Under the pieces are notes generated by a model that was given only the letters and a program-made list of their open reading frames with translations, searched no databases and had not been told where the DNA came from. 64,000 bases of DNA. Source: Candidatus Cloacimonadales bacterium (GTDB lineage: Bacteria; Cloacimonadota; Cloacimonadia; Cloacimonadales; JAIOQZ01). Location: NCBI GenBank assembly GCA_963665815.1, contig OY762463.1:672001-736000 (forward strand). Reading direction: 5' to 3'. The position numbers were made by a program, and so were the translations under genes. Shown piece by piece: positions 34,232 to 44,847 of the stretch; position 1 is the stretch's first letter, and the number at the start of each line of letters is the position of its first letter.

Positions 34232-35125
34232 TCACTGAGTGTGACTCTTAAAAATCCCCAACATCTCTCTGCATCTCTCCGTAAAAGTATTTTCCTTCAG
34301 CCTGTCATATACAAGCTCACTATTACGTGTTTTTGCCTGCTCATGCTTCAAGTAGAACTCAATTTTCTTTTCAAGATCAGGACTGTCATTATATGTGACT
34401 ATCCCATATTGCCTGAGTCCAGGTACATCATCGCTGATCTGAAAGATCTTTAGCAGTGCCAGATCATATGTCCTGTTGTTAATAAATCCATGCTGTTTCA
34501 TGAGTCCATGGTGATCATTCAGTACAATCTTTGCCGAAGAATACAATTCCGGTAAATCCACATATTCAACCTGATCTGCAATGATTCTGTTTGACGGGAC
34601 TAATCCATGCCATCCTGCACCAACATAATGACACTTATCAGCATAAGCTGTCAGCTGTAAATCCTCTATGATTTTTCTATATTTAAGTTTATCATAGTAA
34701 TTATTGCCCACAAAGAGCAGATAGTATTTTTTTTCGACATCTCTTGGATAAAAAAGCCTTTCGTCTGATGCCTGAAACAGTGAGTAACAAGGAGAAGTTA
34801 TATCTCCTTTGACAGTTTCACAAAAAGGTTCAGAAGCTATAAACACAATATTATAGCTGTTTAGTTCCTCAGGAGTTCTTACTTCAGGATGACTGATATT
34901 CCACATGATGTTAAAGTTTCTATTGTCAGGTCTGTATTGCACAAGCCCACCCAGAAAAATTACCACATCATATTGAGAATTGTTTACATACCACTCGTCA
35001 CGAAAATTAATAACAGCCGTATGTCCGAACTGCATAAATGCAGTGCATAATCTTTCGGCAAATGGTCCGTCTCCCCCATTTCGGCAATCTTTATTCGGTG
35101 TGCAAATCTTCACAGCAATCTTCAT
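34232..35125 (-). CDS. CgeB-like GT-B glycosyltransferase
   Basis: LFVGN, YSSAKIVLNDH and GFINNRTYD; AGAGG RBS before ATG 35125. Confidence 0.8.
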   Translation of the reverse strand: MKIAVKICTPNKDCRNGGDGPFAERLCTAFMQFGHTAVINFRDEWYVNNSQYDVVIFLGGLVQYRPDNRNFNIMWNISHPEVRTPEELNSYNIVFIASEPFCETVKGDITSPCYSLFQASDERLFYPRDVEKKYYLLFVGNNYYDKLKYRKIIEDLQLTAYADKCHYVGAGWHGLVPSNRIIADQVEYVDLPELYSSAKIVLNDHHGLMKQHGFINNRTYDLALLKIFQISDDVPGLRQYGIVTYNDSPDLEKKIEFYLKHEQAKTRNSELVYDRLKENTFTERCREMLGIFKSHTQ

Positions 35126-35126
35126 A

Positions 35127-36794
35127 TTATCCTCTATATGCAAAACAGTCTTTTGCGATCCTGACAGACATATCTTGTTCCTTGACTATTTTATTGTTAA
35201 CGCAAGCATCTACTAACACTGCCAGGGTCTTTGAATCACTACCGGCATAACTGAAAGCAACAGGAAAAAAGTCTGAATTATAATATACTGATTCTCCAGG
35301 AGATGCAGACACTACCGGATCACCGATCAGACTATCTGCAATACCATTTGCCTGAGGATGATATACGTTTACACTCTGTGTAATAGAACCAAATCGCTCT
35401 GAAATCATTGGAATATATATTTCTGCATCTTCAAACTCATGATGATTTCTCAGCAATGAGGAAAACATGGAAGAATACTGATAATTACCATTTAAAACTA
35501 CAATAGGGTCACCATTTTTCACTCCATTGATTTCAGAATGATCTTTAATTATACGTACATTGAAGTCCCTGCTGAAACGTCTGGAAAGCTTATTGTGATT
35601 ACCATTGATTGACTCAGTTATATGAAGTGCAGATTTCTCAATTTTGTTTTCCAGATACTCTATAGCTTTTGTAATGACTCGTTCTGTAGAAGAACCATCT
35701 CTGACAGAAACAAACTGACTGGCAATGCTTTCAGTTGATTCCGGCATAATTAAAAACTGTAGAATCAAGTGCTTCAAGTAATACGGATTAGAAAAACGAG
35801 ATCCTACATCCCTGAATCTGTATTCCAGATCATTTTCATTATACTTCGGATGCTTTTTCTGCAAAGGTGAATCAAAGAGTATAACCGGTTTGCCGGAAGC
35901 AGCAAATTCATATACAACTGACGAAACATCCGATACAAGCAGATCTGCTGCTGCGAAACACTCAACAATATTATGGTTTTCCGAATAGGAAATACTTTTG
36001 TCATTGTCAGAGAGATTTCGATAATGTTCTTTCACTTCTTCACGTTCAATACCATGAAGTTTAACAATAACATTCGTATAATCAGGAAAATAACTTCGAA
36101 AATCTCCTTTTAAAAATGGTAACAATGAGAACTCTCTGTTATAAGTTGGTGCAAACAGAATCGTTCTTTTTTGCGGATCAAGACCAAACTTTTCAAGAAT
36201 ATCATTTCTTTTCAATTTTCCGGAAAACATGGGATCCAGTTTCGGAATGCCTGTTACTTCAATCGGTTTGAAGATATTCTTTTGCAGAACCTCTTTATGG
36301 ATTGATCCCGGTACACAAATCAAATCAGCAAAGTTATCTCGTCTAATTTTTGTCGAGTCTACATAAAACGAGCCCTTACATATTGTTCCATGCCCAATAC
36401 ATACTTTAAATCCGAGATGACCATCATATTCAGACGGTGTATCTGCAAAATAGGTAATATCAGGACTAAAATCAGCAGGAACATTCACCGGGATAAATTC
36501 ATTCCCGATAATTTCAGTGATAACATTCAATCTTGCACCGGATGATGCTCTTCCATCTCTACTCGGTATGTATGATGTAGACATAATCCCTATTTCACCT
36601 AAATCCTGATTCCTGATATGTTTAATCAAATTCTCGAACAGTGAAATATGAAATTCACGTTCAAGTAAAAATAAAAACCTGTACTTTTTCAAATGATATT
36701 CCTGACTCTTCTTTATTATTAGATCGGAAAAATTCAATAATTCATTAGACAAATCCGATGAATACTCATATTTAGTAAACATCAGTGGTAACAA
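35127..36794 (-). CDS. CDP-glycerol glycerophosphotransferase (TagB/TagF-like) with a C-terminal extra domain
   Basis: GHG, TGIPKLD, LFAPTY, KLH and SDVSSVVYEF motifs. Confidence 0.82.
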   Translation of the reverse strand: MLPLMFTKYEYSSDLSNELLNFSDLIIKKSQEYHLKKYRFLFLLEREFHISLFENLIKHIRNQDLGEIGIMSTSYIPSRDGRASSGARLNVITEIIGNEFIPVNVPADFSPDITYFADTPSEYDGHLGFKVCIGHGTICKGSFYVDSTKIRRDNFADLICVPGSIHKEVLQKNIFKPIEVTGIPKLDPMFSGKLKRNDILEKFGLDPQKRTILFAPTYNREFSLLPFLKGDFRSYFPDYTNVIVKLHGIEREEVKEHYRNLSDNDKSISYSENHNIVECFAAADLLVSDVSSVVYEFAASGKPVILFDSPLQKKHPKYNENDLEYRFRDVGSRFSNPYYLKHLILQFLIMPESTESIASQFVSVRDGSSTERVITKAIEYLENKIEKSALHITESINGNHNKLSRRFSRDFNVRIIKDHSEINGVKNGDPIVVLNGNYQYSSMFSSLLRNHHEFEDAEIYIPMISERFGSITQSVNVYHPQANGIADSLIGDPVVSASPGESVYYNSDFFPVAFSYAGSDSKTLAVLVDACVNNKIVKEQDMSVRIAKDCFAYRG

Positions 36795-36844
36795 TTTACT
36801 GAGAATTTAGTTTTTCAATAGACATCACTTACTCAAGGAATATT

Positions 36845-37246
36845 ATGAAATTTAACAAAATCTGGTCAATCGTGTTTCTGGCTTATTTCGCAATCATTGT
36901 ATTAATTGTTTATCTTGCTTATCAGGGAATACTGCCTACAAATTTACCTACAAACAAGTATTTTGATGAATGCGGACATTTTACCCTAATTGGTATTACT
37001 GCTCTTTTTGCTCATCTTGCAATGAATAGGCATTTCTTTAAACTAAGCTATATAAAAGTACCTGTCGGTCCTGCGATAATCCTTTTAATGGCAACAATCG
37101 AAGAGTTTTTCCAGACATTGTCTCCTATACGAGAGTTCAGCTTAACAGACTTGCTATCCGACTTAGCCGGAATAGTTTTCTTTCTTTTTCTCGATTATTT
37201 AGTCAGGTTCTTTTTAAGGAAATTTAAAAAATTATACAATAATTAA
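36845..37246 (+). CDS. VanZ-family membrane protein
   Basis: DECGHF, EEFFQ and REFSLTDLLSD motifs; four TM helices. Confidence 0.8.
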   Translation: MKFNKIWSIVFLAYFAIIVLIVYLAYQGILPTNLPTNKYFDECGHFTLIGITALFAHLAMNRHFFKLSYIKVPVGPAIILLMATIEEFFQTLSPIREFSLTDLLSDLAGIVFFLFLDYLVRFFLRKFKKLYNN

Positions 37247-37439
37247 CCTGAAACTTACTCAATTTCTAAAATATTCTCATAATCAGCTCAAAATCAATAA
37301 TACATAAAAGATTTATAACAAATTAGTTGACCAATTTACACATCTGAAACTCCTGCCTTAGTTTTAACATTGTACTGTATAATTGCAGATATTCATCCAT
37401 TATACAAAAATTGATCAGATAAAAACTGGAGAAAAATAA

Positions 37440-39248
37440 ATGAAAATTAAGAATATTGCTATAATAGCTCACGTTGATCATGGAAAAACAACACTCGTAG
37501 ATGGTGCACTTAAGCAATCCGGTGTTTTTAGAGACAACCAGAATGTTGAAGATCGAATCATGGATTCAAACGATCTTGAAAGAGAACGCGGTATAACAAT
37601 CTTTTCCAAGAATGCATCACTTTATTATAAAGATTACAAAATTAATATTGTTGATACTCCCGGTCACGCTGACTTTGGTGGAGAAGTTCAACGTATCCTT
37701 AAAATGGTAGATTCTGTACTGTTACTTGTTGATGCGTTTGAGGGTCCAATGCCTCAAACAAAATACGTACTGAAAAAATCCCTTGAACTTGGTTTGAAAC
37801 CAATTGTTGTAATTAACAAAATAGACAGACCTAACAGTCGTCCTCAGGAAGTTCTTGATATGGTATTTGATCTGTTTACGGATCTTAATGCAAATGATGA
37901 CCAGCTAGATTTCCCATATGTATATGCATCAGGTAAAGATGCATTAGCAAAGTATGAACTGGAAGACGAAAGTGATAACCTTGTTCCTTTGTTTGAAACA
38001 ATTCTGAATCATGTGGAAGACGCTCAAGGTGATCCTGAAAAACCATTGCAAATGCTTGTATCAGCTATTGAGTACAACAATTATCTCGGAAAAATAGGAA
38101 CAGGCCGAATCTCTAACGGAACAGTTAGTCAGGGAGAAGAAGTCGTTTTAATGAAAAGAGATGGAGAAAGACTTTTGTACAGAATCTCCAAAGTATTCCA
38201 TTATGAAGGTCTGAAAAAGAAAGAAGTCAAAAAAGCCTATGCAGGAGATATTGTTTCACTCGCCGGAATGGAAATGGTTGATGTTGGAGAAACTGTAGCA
38301 TGCAGGATTCATCCGGAACCATTACCAATTATTGATATTGATGCTCCCACCCTGGCAATGGAATTCTGTGTAAATGATTCACCCTTTGCCGGCAAAGAAG
38401 GAAAATACGTCACATCCAGAAACATCTGGGATAGACTTCAGAAAGAGCTCCAGACCAATGTGAGTATTATTGTGGAATCTACTGATTCAGCAGATAAATT
38501 TACCGTAAAGGGTCGTGGAGAGCTACAGTTATCTATTCTTATTGAGAATATGAGACGCGAGGGATTCGAATTTGCCGTATCCAAACCCAAGGTTATTTAC
38601 CGCGAACTCAAAGGCAAACGTACTGAACCTATAGAGCTTGCTCTGATTGATGTTGCAGATGAATTTGTTGGTGCAGTGATTGAAATGTTGGGAATCAGAA
38701 AAGGTGAAATGCTTGATATGGAAGTGGGTTCCGATGGATACACCAGACTGGAATTCAAAGTGCCGGCAAGAGGTTTGATAGGATTCCGTAACGAATTCCT
38801 GACAACAACAAGAGGAACCGGTATTCTCAATCATAGTTTTTATGAATATGAATATTATAAAGGTGAGATAGACAAAAAAAATCGTGGTGCGCTTATTGCG
38901 TTGGAACAAGGATCATCTATGGCATATTCCCTGTTCAGTTTCCAACCAAGAGGAATTCTGTTTATTGGTCCCGGAGTTAATGTCTATCCCGGAATGATCG
39001 TCGGTGAACACAGTAAGGATCAGGATCTTGTTATAAATGTAATTAAGAACAAGAAATTGACTAATGTCAGAGCATCCGGATCTGATGAAGCTCTTAAACT
39101 TATTCCGCCAAAACAGTTCAGTCTGGAACAGGCACTGGAATATATTGAAGATGATGAGCTTCTGGAAATCACTCCGGAGAGTATGAGAATGCGTAAGAAG
39201 ATTCTTGATCACACCGAGAGGAAAAGATCTCAGAAAACTGTTGAATAG
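37440..39248 (+). CDS. typA: Translational GTPase TypA/BipA
   Basis: AHVDHGKTT, ERERGITI, DTPGHADF, NKID, GRGELQL and TNVRASGSD motifs. Confidence 0.97.
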   Translation: MKIKNIAIIAHVDHGKTTLVDGALKQSGVFRDNQNVEDRIMDSNDLERERGITIFSKNASLYYKDYKINIVDTPGHADFGGEVQRILKMVDSVLLLVDAFEGPMPQTKYVLKKSLELGLKPIVVINKIDRPNSRPQEVLDMVFDLFTDLNANDDQLDFPYVYASGKDALAKYELEDESDNLVPLFETILNHVEDAQGDPEKPLQMLVSAIEYNNYLGKIGTGRISNGTVSQGEEVVLMKRDGERLLYRISKVFHYEGLKKKEVKKAYAGDIVSLAGMEMVDVGETVACRIHPEPLPIIDIDAPTLAMEFCVNDSPFAGKEGKYVTSRNIWDRLQKELQTNVSIIVESTDSADKFTVKGRGELQLSILIENMRREGFEFAVSKPKVIYRELKGKRTEPIELALIDVADEFVGAVIEMLGIRKGEMLDMEVGSDGYTRLEFKVPARGLIGFRNEFLTTTRGTGILNHSFYEYEYYKGEIDKKNRGALIALEQGSSMAYSLFSFQPRGILFIGPGVNVYPGMIVGEHSKDQDLVINVIKNKKLTNVRASGSDEALKLIPPKQFSLEQALEYIEDDELLEITPESMRMRKKILDHTERKRSQKTVE

Positions 39249-39275
39249 ATTATCTGAAAAATAAATTGTTTGTAG

Positions 39276-39300
39276 AACGCTCGGAAACGAGCGTTTTTTT
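39276..39300 (+). terminator. Intrinsic terminator after typA
   Basis: AACGCTCG-GAAA-CGAGCGTT followed by a T run. Confidence 0.85.
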
Positions 39301-39544
39301 ACATTATCTGCGTCATTATTTTGATTTAGCAAAAACATGTTTCTTGAGCATCGCGAGCATCGCTGCAATCTTTATCTGAATCCATCTGTCTTCAAGTGTT
39401 TTCGAAGTCTTTACCTAATAAATTTTTTGCGCAACATCATCTCTTTACGCAGGCAAGATGACTGCGTCTCTGGATATATTCTTTCAGAAACATTAACGAG
39501 TTTCCAACCCTTTGGAAGGTGTAAGTAAAGTGTATATTTACATG

Positions 39545-40330
39545 TTACACATCAACCAGTTCTGTGGGTTCGTATTGATCTGCAACAAGTAATCTGACAG
39601 CATAATTGTTATTCGTAAGAAATCTATTCATATTCTGAAACGCTATCTCGGGAGTATTATTCGTTTCACTAAGGTGTGCAAGAATAAGGTTCTTAAGTCC
39701 TTCATGCATAACTTCATCAACAACTTTGACTGCATCTACATTAGAGAGGTGACCATGTCTGGAACGCACTCTCTGTTTCAGTTTCCAGGGATATGGACCA
39801 TCCATAAGCATCTGCATATCATGATTACTCTCCAGAATAATTGTAGAGCAATTTTTGAGATACTTAAGCATCAGCTTAGTTGGAAATCCAACATCCGTCA
39901 CAACACCAAGCTTTCTTTCGTTATCACCTTCCTTGTAGAATAGGAAATCACAACTGTCAACTGCATCATGTGAAGATGTGAAGGGATATACTACGATATC
40001 CCCTATCTGAAAAAGTTTCCCTGGTTCGAAGAATTTTGGACCTCCGGGGAGATTACCTAACTTAACTTTGCACTCATAATATGTTTTTTGAGTAACATAT
40101 AATGGAATATTCAGATTCCTGCAGACAACTCCGACGCTTTTTCTGTGGTCAGAGTGTTCATGACTGAGGATCAATCCGGCTATTCTATGTTGATTAAGCT
40201 GCAGCTTGTTTATCGCCTCATATATCCGCTTCCCGGACAATCCCGCATCATAAAGCAGCTTTGTCTTTTCTGTTCGGATAAGTATAGCATTACCCTTACT
40301 GCCGCTGGCAAGTACGCTTGTCTGAAACAT
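39545..40330 (-). CDS. MBL-fold hydrolase (YycJ/WalJ-like exonuclease)
   Basis: LASGSKGN, SHEHSDH, SHDA, ESNHD, GHLSN and HLSETNN motifs. Confidence 0.88.
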   Translation of the reverse strand: MFQTSVLASGSKGNAILIRTEKTKLLYDAGLSGKRIYEAINKLQLNQHRIAGLILSHEHSDHRKSVGVVCRNLNIPLYVTQKTYYECKVKLGNLPGGPKFFEPGKLFQIGDIVVYPFTSSHDAVDSCDFLFYKEGDNERKLGVVTDVGFPTKLMLKYLKNCSTIILESNHDMQMLMDGPYPWKLKQRVRSRHGHLSNVDAVKVVDEVMHEGLKNLILAHLSETNNTPEIAFQNMNRFLTNNNYAVRLLVADQYEPTELVDV

Positions 40331-40343
40331 TTATCAGTCTTTC

Positions 40344-41288
40344 TTAGCCAAGGTAAAAATAGCGATTATTCAACTTGTCGTATTCCGACCACTCAGAACC
40401 GGAATTCAGAGAAGATGATACAAGCTGAGTAACTCCAACAGTCTGAGCATCAAGGTTGTCTGCATAGTGCAGAACAACAGCTTCAAGCATCTGTGGAAGT
40501 CTTGCAGAAGCTTTTTCATATTCACCATGATGAGCAAGAATTAAATGACGCAGCTTCATCAAAGTGTTTTCAGGGAAATTATTTATTTCTCGAGCTTTTC
40601 TGCAAATCAGTTCGTCTCCGAGACAAATATGCCCGATTAACCTTCCGATTGTAGAAAAGTCAATTGTAGATTTCATATTGTATTCGTATACCTTACCCAT
40701 ATCATGGAGTAATGCACCAGTAATAAGTAGATCAGATTGAACAGAATACATTCTGGCAGAGAAATCACAGATTTTTGCAACAGAAATAGTATGTTCCAGT
40801 AATCCGCCCATATAATTGTGGTGCCATGTTTTAGCTGCCGGAGCTTTGCAGAACATTGAAAGAAATTCTTTATCATCGAATATCTTATGAAGCAGTTCTT
40901 TCAGATGAATGTCTTCCATTTTATCAATATAATAGAAAAGGGCATCGCTGAGTTTTTTAATATCCTTACCGGTAGCAGGGATAAACTCAGAAAGATCATA
41001 TTCAGCTTCATCTGCTGTGCGGATCTTGTTAATAGTAATCTGCACCTGTTCTCTGTATTTTATTACAATACCTTTTACCTTAACAATATCACCTTCTTTA
41101 AACTGGCTGTTATAGTGTTTGGCATTATTCCATATATTCGCAGTGACCGATCCTGTTTTGTCACTTAGTTTCATGCGGATAAATTTGTCCTTTGTTCCTT
41201 CTCTCATTTCCTTGTGTGAAACAAGATAATATTCAACAACCTCTTCATTAATGTAGTTTCCCAGGACATTCACATAAAGCTTATCCAT
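40344..41288 (-). CDS. OB-fold plus HD-domain 3'-5' exoribonuclease (YhaM/CBF1-like)
   Basis: N-terminal OB fold (DKTG), PAAKTWHH, GGLLEH, LLHDMGK, HHG and ADNLDA. Confidence 0.88.
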   Translation of the reverse strand: MDKLYVNVLGNYINEEVVEYYLVSHKEMREGTKDKFIRMKLSDKTGSVTANIWNNAKHYNSQFKEGDIVKVKGIVIKYREQVQITINKIRTADEAEYDLSEFIPATGKDIKKLSDALFYYIDKMEDIHLKELLHKIFDDKEFLSMFCKAPAAKTWHHNYMGGLLEHTISVAKICDFSARMYSVQSDLLITGALLHDMGKVYEYNMKSTIDFSTIGRLIGHICLGDELICRKAREINNFPENTLMKLRHLILAHHGEYEKASARLPQMLEAVVLHYADNLDAQTVGVTQLVSSSLNSGSEWSEYDKLNNRYFYLG

Positions 41289-41308
41289 TAAATTCCTCTC
41301 TTTCTATT

Positions 41309-42331
41309 CTAACTGAATACATATATCGGATTTGTATATATCCATCCGGAACCCCAGCGTTTTATTTCCAGTCTGTAAATTCCGGGTCCATTTATTTCAA
41401 ATTTTCCTTTGTCGTCAATTTTTTGATTGATGCACGCTCCATCCTTAATGAGTTTTACACGTGTAATTCTTTTTGTCATAAAGTAATAGACCATACCTTC
41501 GCTATACTCAATTTTTTCTCCATAGATAGCTGATGTTCCATTTTTCGCTGTAATTCCACCATAAAATTTCTCGGGATAAGCCGATTTGTAGTTAACAATA
41601 TAAGAATTCCCATTCCTGAGAGCCTGTTTAACAGAATCTTTATTTACTTCTTTATCTAAGGGTATAAGTACGTTAGTACGAACTGTCTTGAAAAGATAGT
41701 AATGAGGAAGAACTTTCAGGTTTATAAAGCCTAGCTTATATGAATGAGTATGAGCATCAACGCTGCCAATTCCAACTGTTTTACAGCCTTTAATATTGAG
41801 ATCATCCCAAAGTTTCAGAGTTTTCTTCAAAGGCTTATTCGCACAAATAGCAGGAAAAAGCATATGATACGCTCCAGTAACAAAAGGATGCAAAGTACTG
41901 AGCCAGCATGAAACAAAATTCCATACTTCAATACCTGCAGTGAAATCAAAATCTTTATCCCACTCATAAGTCGGATATTCAGAGCAAATTCTTTTTTCCA
42001 GTGGATGAGCAGCAAAACCATTATCAGAATATCCACCCTTCTCTTTTATATCAAGTCCCGGTTCGACAAACTGCAGATAATGATTTTTATCGCGAGAATC
42101 ATTGATTTCAATTCCGGGGACAATTATTAAATCTTTTTCGTTAATATATGCAGGATCATTCATAAAATCGTAATTATTGTGATCTGTGATCATAATATAA
42201 TCAAGTCTGTTCTTTTTCGCCTGCTTAATAACTTCACTTAAGGGAATAGAGCAATCATGCGAATATTCAGTATGAATATGCACAGCTCCTGTCAGCTCAT
42301 GAAATTCTCTATTGAAAATCTTCTTCTTCAA
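41309..42331 (-). CDS. PHP-family metallophosphoesterase
   Basis: HIHTEYSHD, ITDHN, GIEI, AHP and GSVDAH motifs. Confidence 0.85.
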   Translation of the reverse strand: MKKKIFNREFHELTGAVHIHTEYSHDCSIPLSEVIKQAKKNRLDYIMITDHNNYDFMNDPAYINEKDLIIVPGIEINDSRDKNHYLQFVEPGLDIKEKGGYSDNGFAAHPLEKRICSEYPTYEWDKDFDFTAGIEVWNFVSCWLSTLHPFVTGAYHMLFPAICANKPLKKTLKLWDDLNIKGCKTVGIGSVDAHTHSYKLGFINLKVLPHYYLFKTVRTNVLIPLDKEVNKDSVKQALRNGNSYIVNYKSAYPEKFYGGITAKNGTSAIYGEKIEYSEGMVYYFMTKRITRVKLIKDGACINQKIDDKGKFEINGPGIYRLEIKRWGSGWIYTNPIYVFS

Positions 42332-42348
42332 AATACTGTTTTCTCTTT

Positions 42349-44331
42349 CTATTTCAGCAATACGCTCTTTGTGTGAAAAGTTCTCGTTTTCCCGCCTGTT
42401 CTAACATTAAATCGATATAAATATACTCCGGAAGAAACAGACTTATCTCTGCTATCCTTAAAATTCCAGAAGAAATTGTATTTTTTCCCCTTCTCAGAAT
42501 TTACGATTCTCTTTACTTTCTGACCTTTTATATTATAGATTTCCAATTCTGCTCCATCACATTGTTCCTTTATACTGAAAGAAATGTGTTGAGATCCATT
42601 TATTCCCGATGGATTCGGATATACTGATATATCAGGTATTGAAAGATCTACATCATTATCTTTTACAGATACACCTTCAAGAAGATAATCAAGAGTAGCG
42701 GAATCTATCAGAAATATCTGCTTAGTTTCTTCATGCTGAATCCAGTATACAAAATGCAGATCAGTAAGGATATCATCAAATTCATGATCATCTATAATAT
42801 CCAGATCATATCTGGAAAAATCTATTGCAAAGAAAGCTTCTGTAGAATCAGCCAGCCCTTGTAAATTCATTCCGTTAATAGGAGTGAGACTTTTAAGCAA
42901 AATCATACCGGGAATTATGTCATCGGAAGAAGCTATCAATGGTACGTTCGTCTGAAAAATCCCAGCATGAAAAGCACAGTCCCCATAATATTGACTGAAA
43001 AGATATGTGTCTTCTATTTGCTGTACGTAAGTATCAATATATATGTTTTCACTTGCATCCATACCGACCATATATCCACTGCTCTGAAGAAATGTTTTGT
43101 CTGAAGCAATACTGTTTGTCGCTGCATAGTACGTATCTGCAAACTCATTTTCGTCCGAATATCCTGTGAGTTTGTTGTAACCCTGAACAACAATATTCGG
43201 TAGACCAAAGTTGTTGTAGAAACTACTTCTTGTTCCCGAAGAAGTTCTGAAAAATCTTAAATCGGATTGCTCCGGAAAATAATTAAGAATAAAGAAATCA
43301 GGAGTAAATATTTCTTCGTTAGTCATTATTGAACTGAAGTAATTAGCATCAGAATCAACAAAATTTTCCACAACTTTATTATCTAAAGGAGTAAGAAACA
43401 CATTGATTTCTGTACTTAAAGCATTGTTCGTCAGTATATCGTCATGTGATGATGTCAGGTTTGCCAAAATATCGTATTGTGCTGAAATAGATGGTAACAG
43501 AAAAGAATCATCAAATGAAGCTGTGTCAGATTTTGTCTCATATGGATCAAGATGTAAATCTGTAAGTGCCAGAGGAATACTGCTGAGTCCAGAAGAAGGA
43601 GGTGGAGTCAGTGAATAGTTGATATTGATATCATTCACTGTATAAGAATTGTTGTTCCTTATTGTATAATATGCTTGAACTTCTCCATCCGGATAAACAC
43701 GTCCGGTAATTCCAAAGTCAATTAAAGCTATATCATTGCTTGAAGCAAAAGTATAATGCCCCTGAAGACCTACAAGAAAATCTGAACTTAAGCCACTTCC
43801 AGCATTATTCCTGAAATAACCTTCCGTCTCAGAAAGTGCTTCCCAGTAGAAGCACCTGGAACCATCTCCGTTATTAGCTGACATATAAGGACTGTCTTCA
43901 TCTGTTTCATAATCAATTACAAGCCATAAGTCTGGAAGAGCTTCAACATCACCATCAAAATTGAAATCATACCAGTCAGATGCATCTCCATCCTGGAATG
44001 TATGGTTGCATGATGTTAAAAGACTATCGTCATCAATTATTGTTTTGTATAGCCTGAATGAAATAGTACCTGACGGATTGAACAGGTAAATCGACACTCC
44101 TTCTGCATCAAACATAGCTGAATCATTTACAGAATAAAAGTCACTGCTTACAAAATGCACTGCCCATCTGTTAGTTCCGTACCAGTGCTGTTCATCAATA
44201 CCGTTATGGTATGCCATTACCCCTGAATTTCTTTCAGGAAAAGTATTAACCGGATTATCTAACTCAATAACATTAACTCCGTATAATCCGGAAAACAAAA
44301 CAATTACTATTAAAGCTATATATGCCTTCAT
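42349..44331 (-). CDS. Secreted acidic protein with a C-terminal FlgD-Ig/Por-secretion-type sorting domain
   Basis: Signal peptide from ATG 44331; C-terminal VYPNP...IYNIKGQKVK...W...SSGVYLYRF...LLK. Confidence 0.8.
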   Translation of the reverse strand: MKAYIALIVIVLFSGLYGVNVIELDNPVNTFPERNSGVMAYHNGIDEQHWYGTNRWAVHFVSSDFYSVNDSAMFDAEGVSIYLFNPSGTISFRLYKTIIDDDSLLTSCNHTFQDGDASDWYDFNFDGDVEALPDLWLVIDYETDEDSPYMSANNGDGSRCFYWEALSETEGYFRNNAGSGLSSDFLVGLQGHYTFASSNDIALIDFGITGRVYPDGEVQAYYTIRNNNSYTVNDININYSLTPPPSSGLSSIPLALTDLHLDPYETKSDTASFDDSFLLPSISAQYDILANLTSSHDDILTNNALSTEINVFLTPLDNKVVENFVDSDANYFSSIMTNEEIFTPDFFILNYFPEQSDLRFFRTSSGTRSSFYNNFGLPNIVVQGYNKLTGYSDENEFADTYYAATNSIASDKTFLQSSGYMVGMDASENIYIDTYVQQIEDTYLFSQYYGDCAFHAGIFQTNVPLIASSDDIIPGMILLKSLTPINGMNLQGLADSTEAFFAIDFSRYDLDIIDDHEFDDILTDLHFVYWIQHEETKQIFLIDSATLDYLLEGVSVKDNDVDLSIPDISVYPNPSGINGSQHISFSIKEQCDGAELEIYNIKGQKVKRIVNSEKGKKYNFFWNFKDSRDKSVSSGVYLYRFNVRTGGKTRTFHTKSVLLK

Positions 44332-44565
44332 GTTTATGACCTGTCCTCTATTTTTATATCTCTTCATAGTGTAATATGAATAACTCATGAAATAGGTTTC
44401 AAATATGCAAAGAGATATTTATAATAGTCAATTTCAGAAAAAAACAAAACATGTAAAGAATTAAATCAATAAAAATGGATCATACACCTTTTCTCAGCTT
44501 CTCTTACTACAGGAGAAGAAAGTCTTTATCGCTTGACATTTAGCTTTGTGAAATTTTCCTGACTC

Positions 44566-44665
44566 TGTCTTCGAGCTTATGTATCTACGGCAATCCCGCT
44601 ATGAGACATAAGCCGATAGGGTTTATCCGGAAACAGATGAGCCTCCCGTGTTTGGAAAGAAGATG
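44566..44665 (+). ncRNA. Moco/tungsten-cofactor riboswitch-like RNA (variant lacking P3)
   Basis: P1 TGTCTTC/GAAGATG; P2 GCTTATGT/ACATAAGC; P4 GGTTTATC/GATGAGCC with a GAAA loop; 3' GCCTCCCGTGTTTGGAAAG matches the moaA-leader signature GCCTCCCGTATTTGGAAAG. Confidence 0.8.
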
Positions 44666-44847
44666 TAAGATGAATATAATAAAATATACCCACCATTTAT
44701 GAATATCTATTCATATCCACGGGGTTTTTACGCCATTTTTCCATCCATCCTACCGGAAAATTGATGAGAAACCTGAAATCAACTCTTAGCAATTTTCCTT
44801 CTTGAATATTATAAAAACACTGACTACAAAATACAATGGAGGAAACA

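Noticed and set aside
39300-39545. ORF 39337-39528 (+) and a minus-strand stretch (KYTLYLHLPKGWKLV...) faintly like a GIY-YIG C-terminus
   Set aside because: No RBS or start for the minus frame, no GIY/YIG motif, and similarity too weak to support a pseudogene call.
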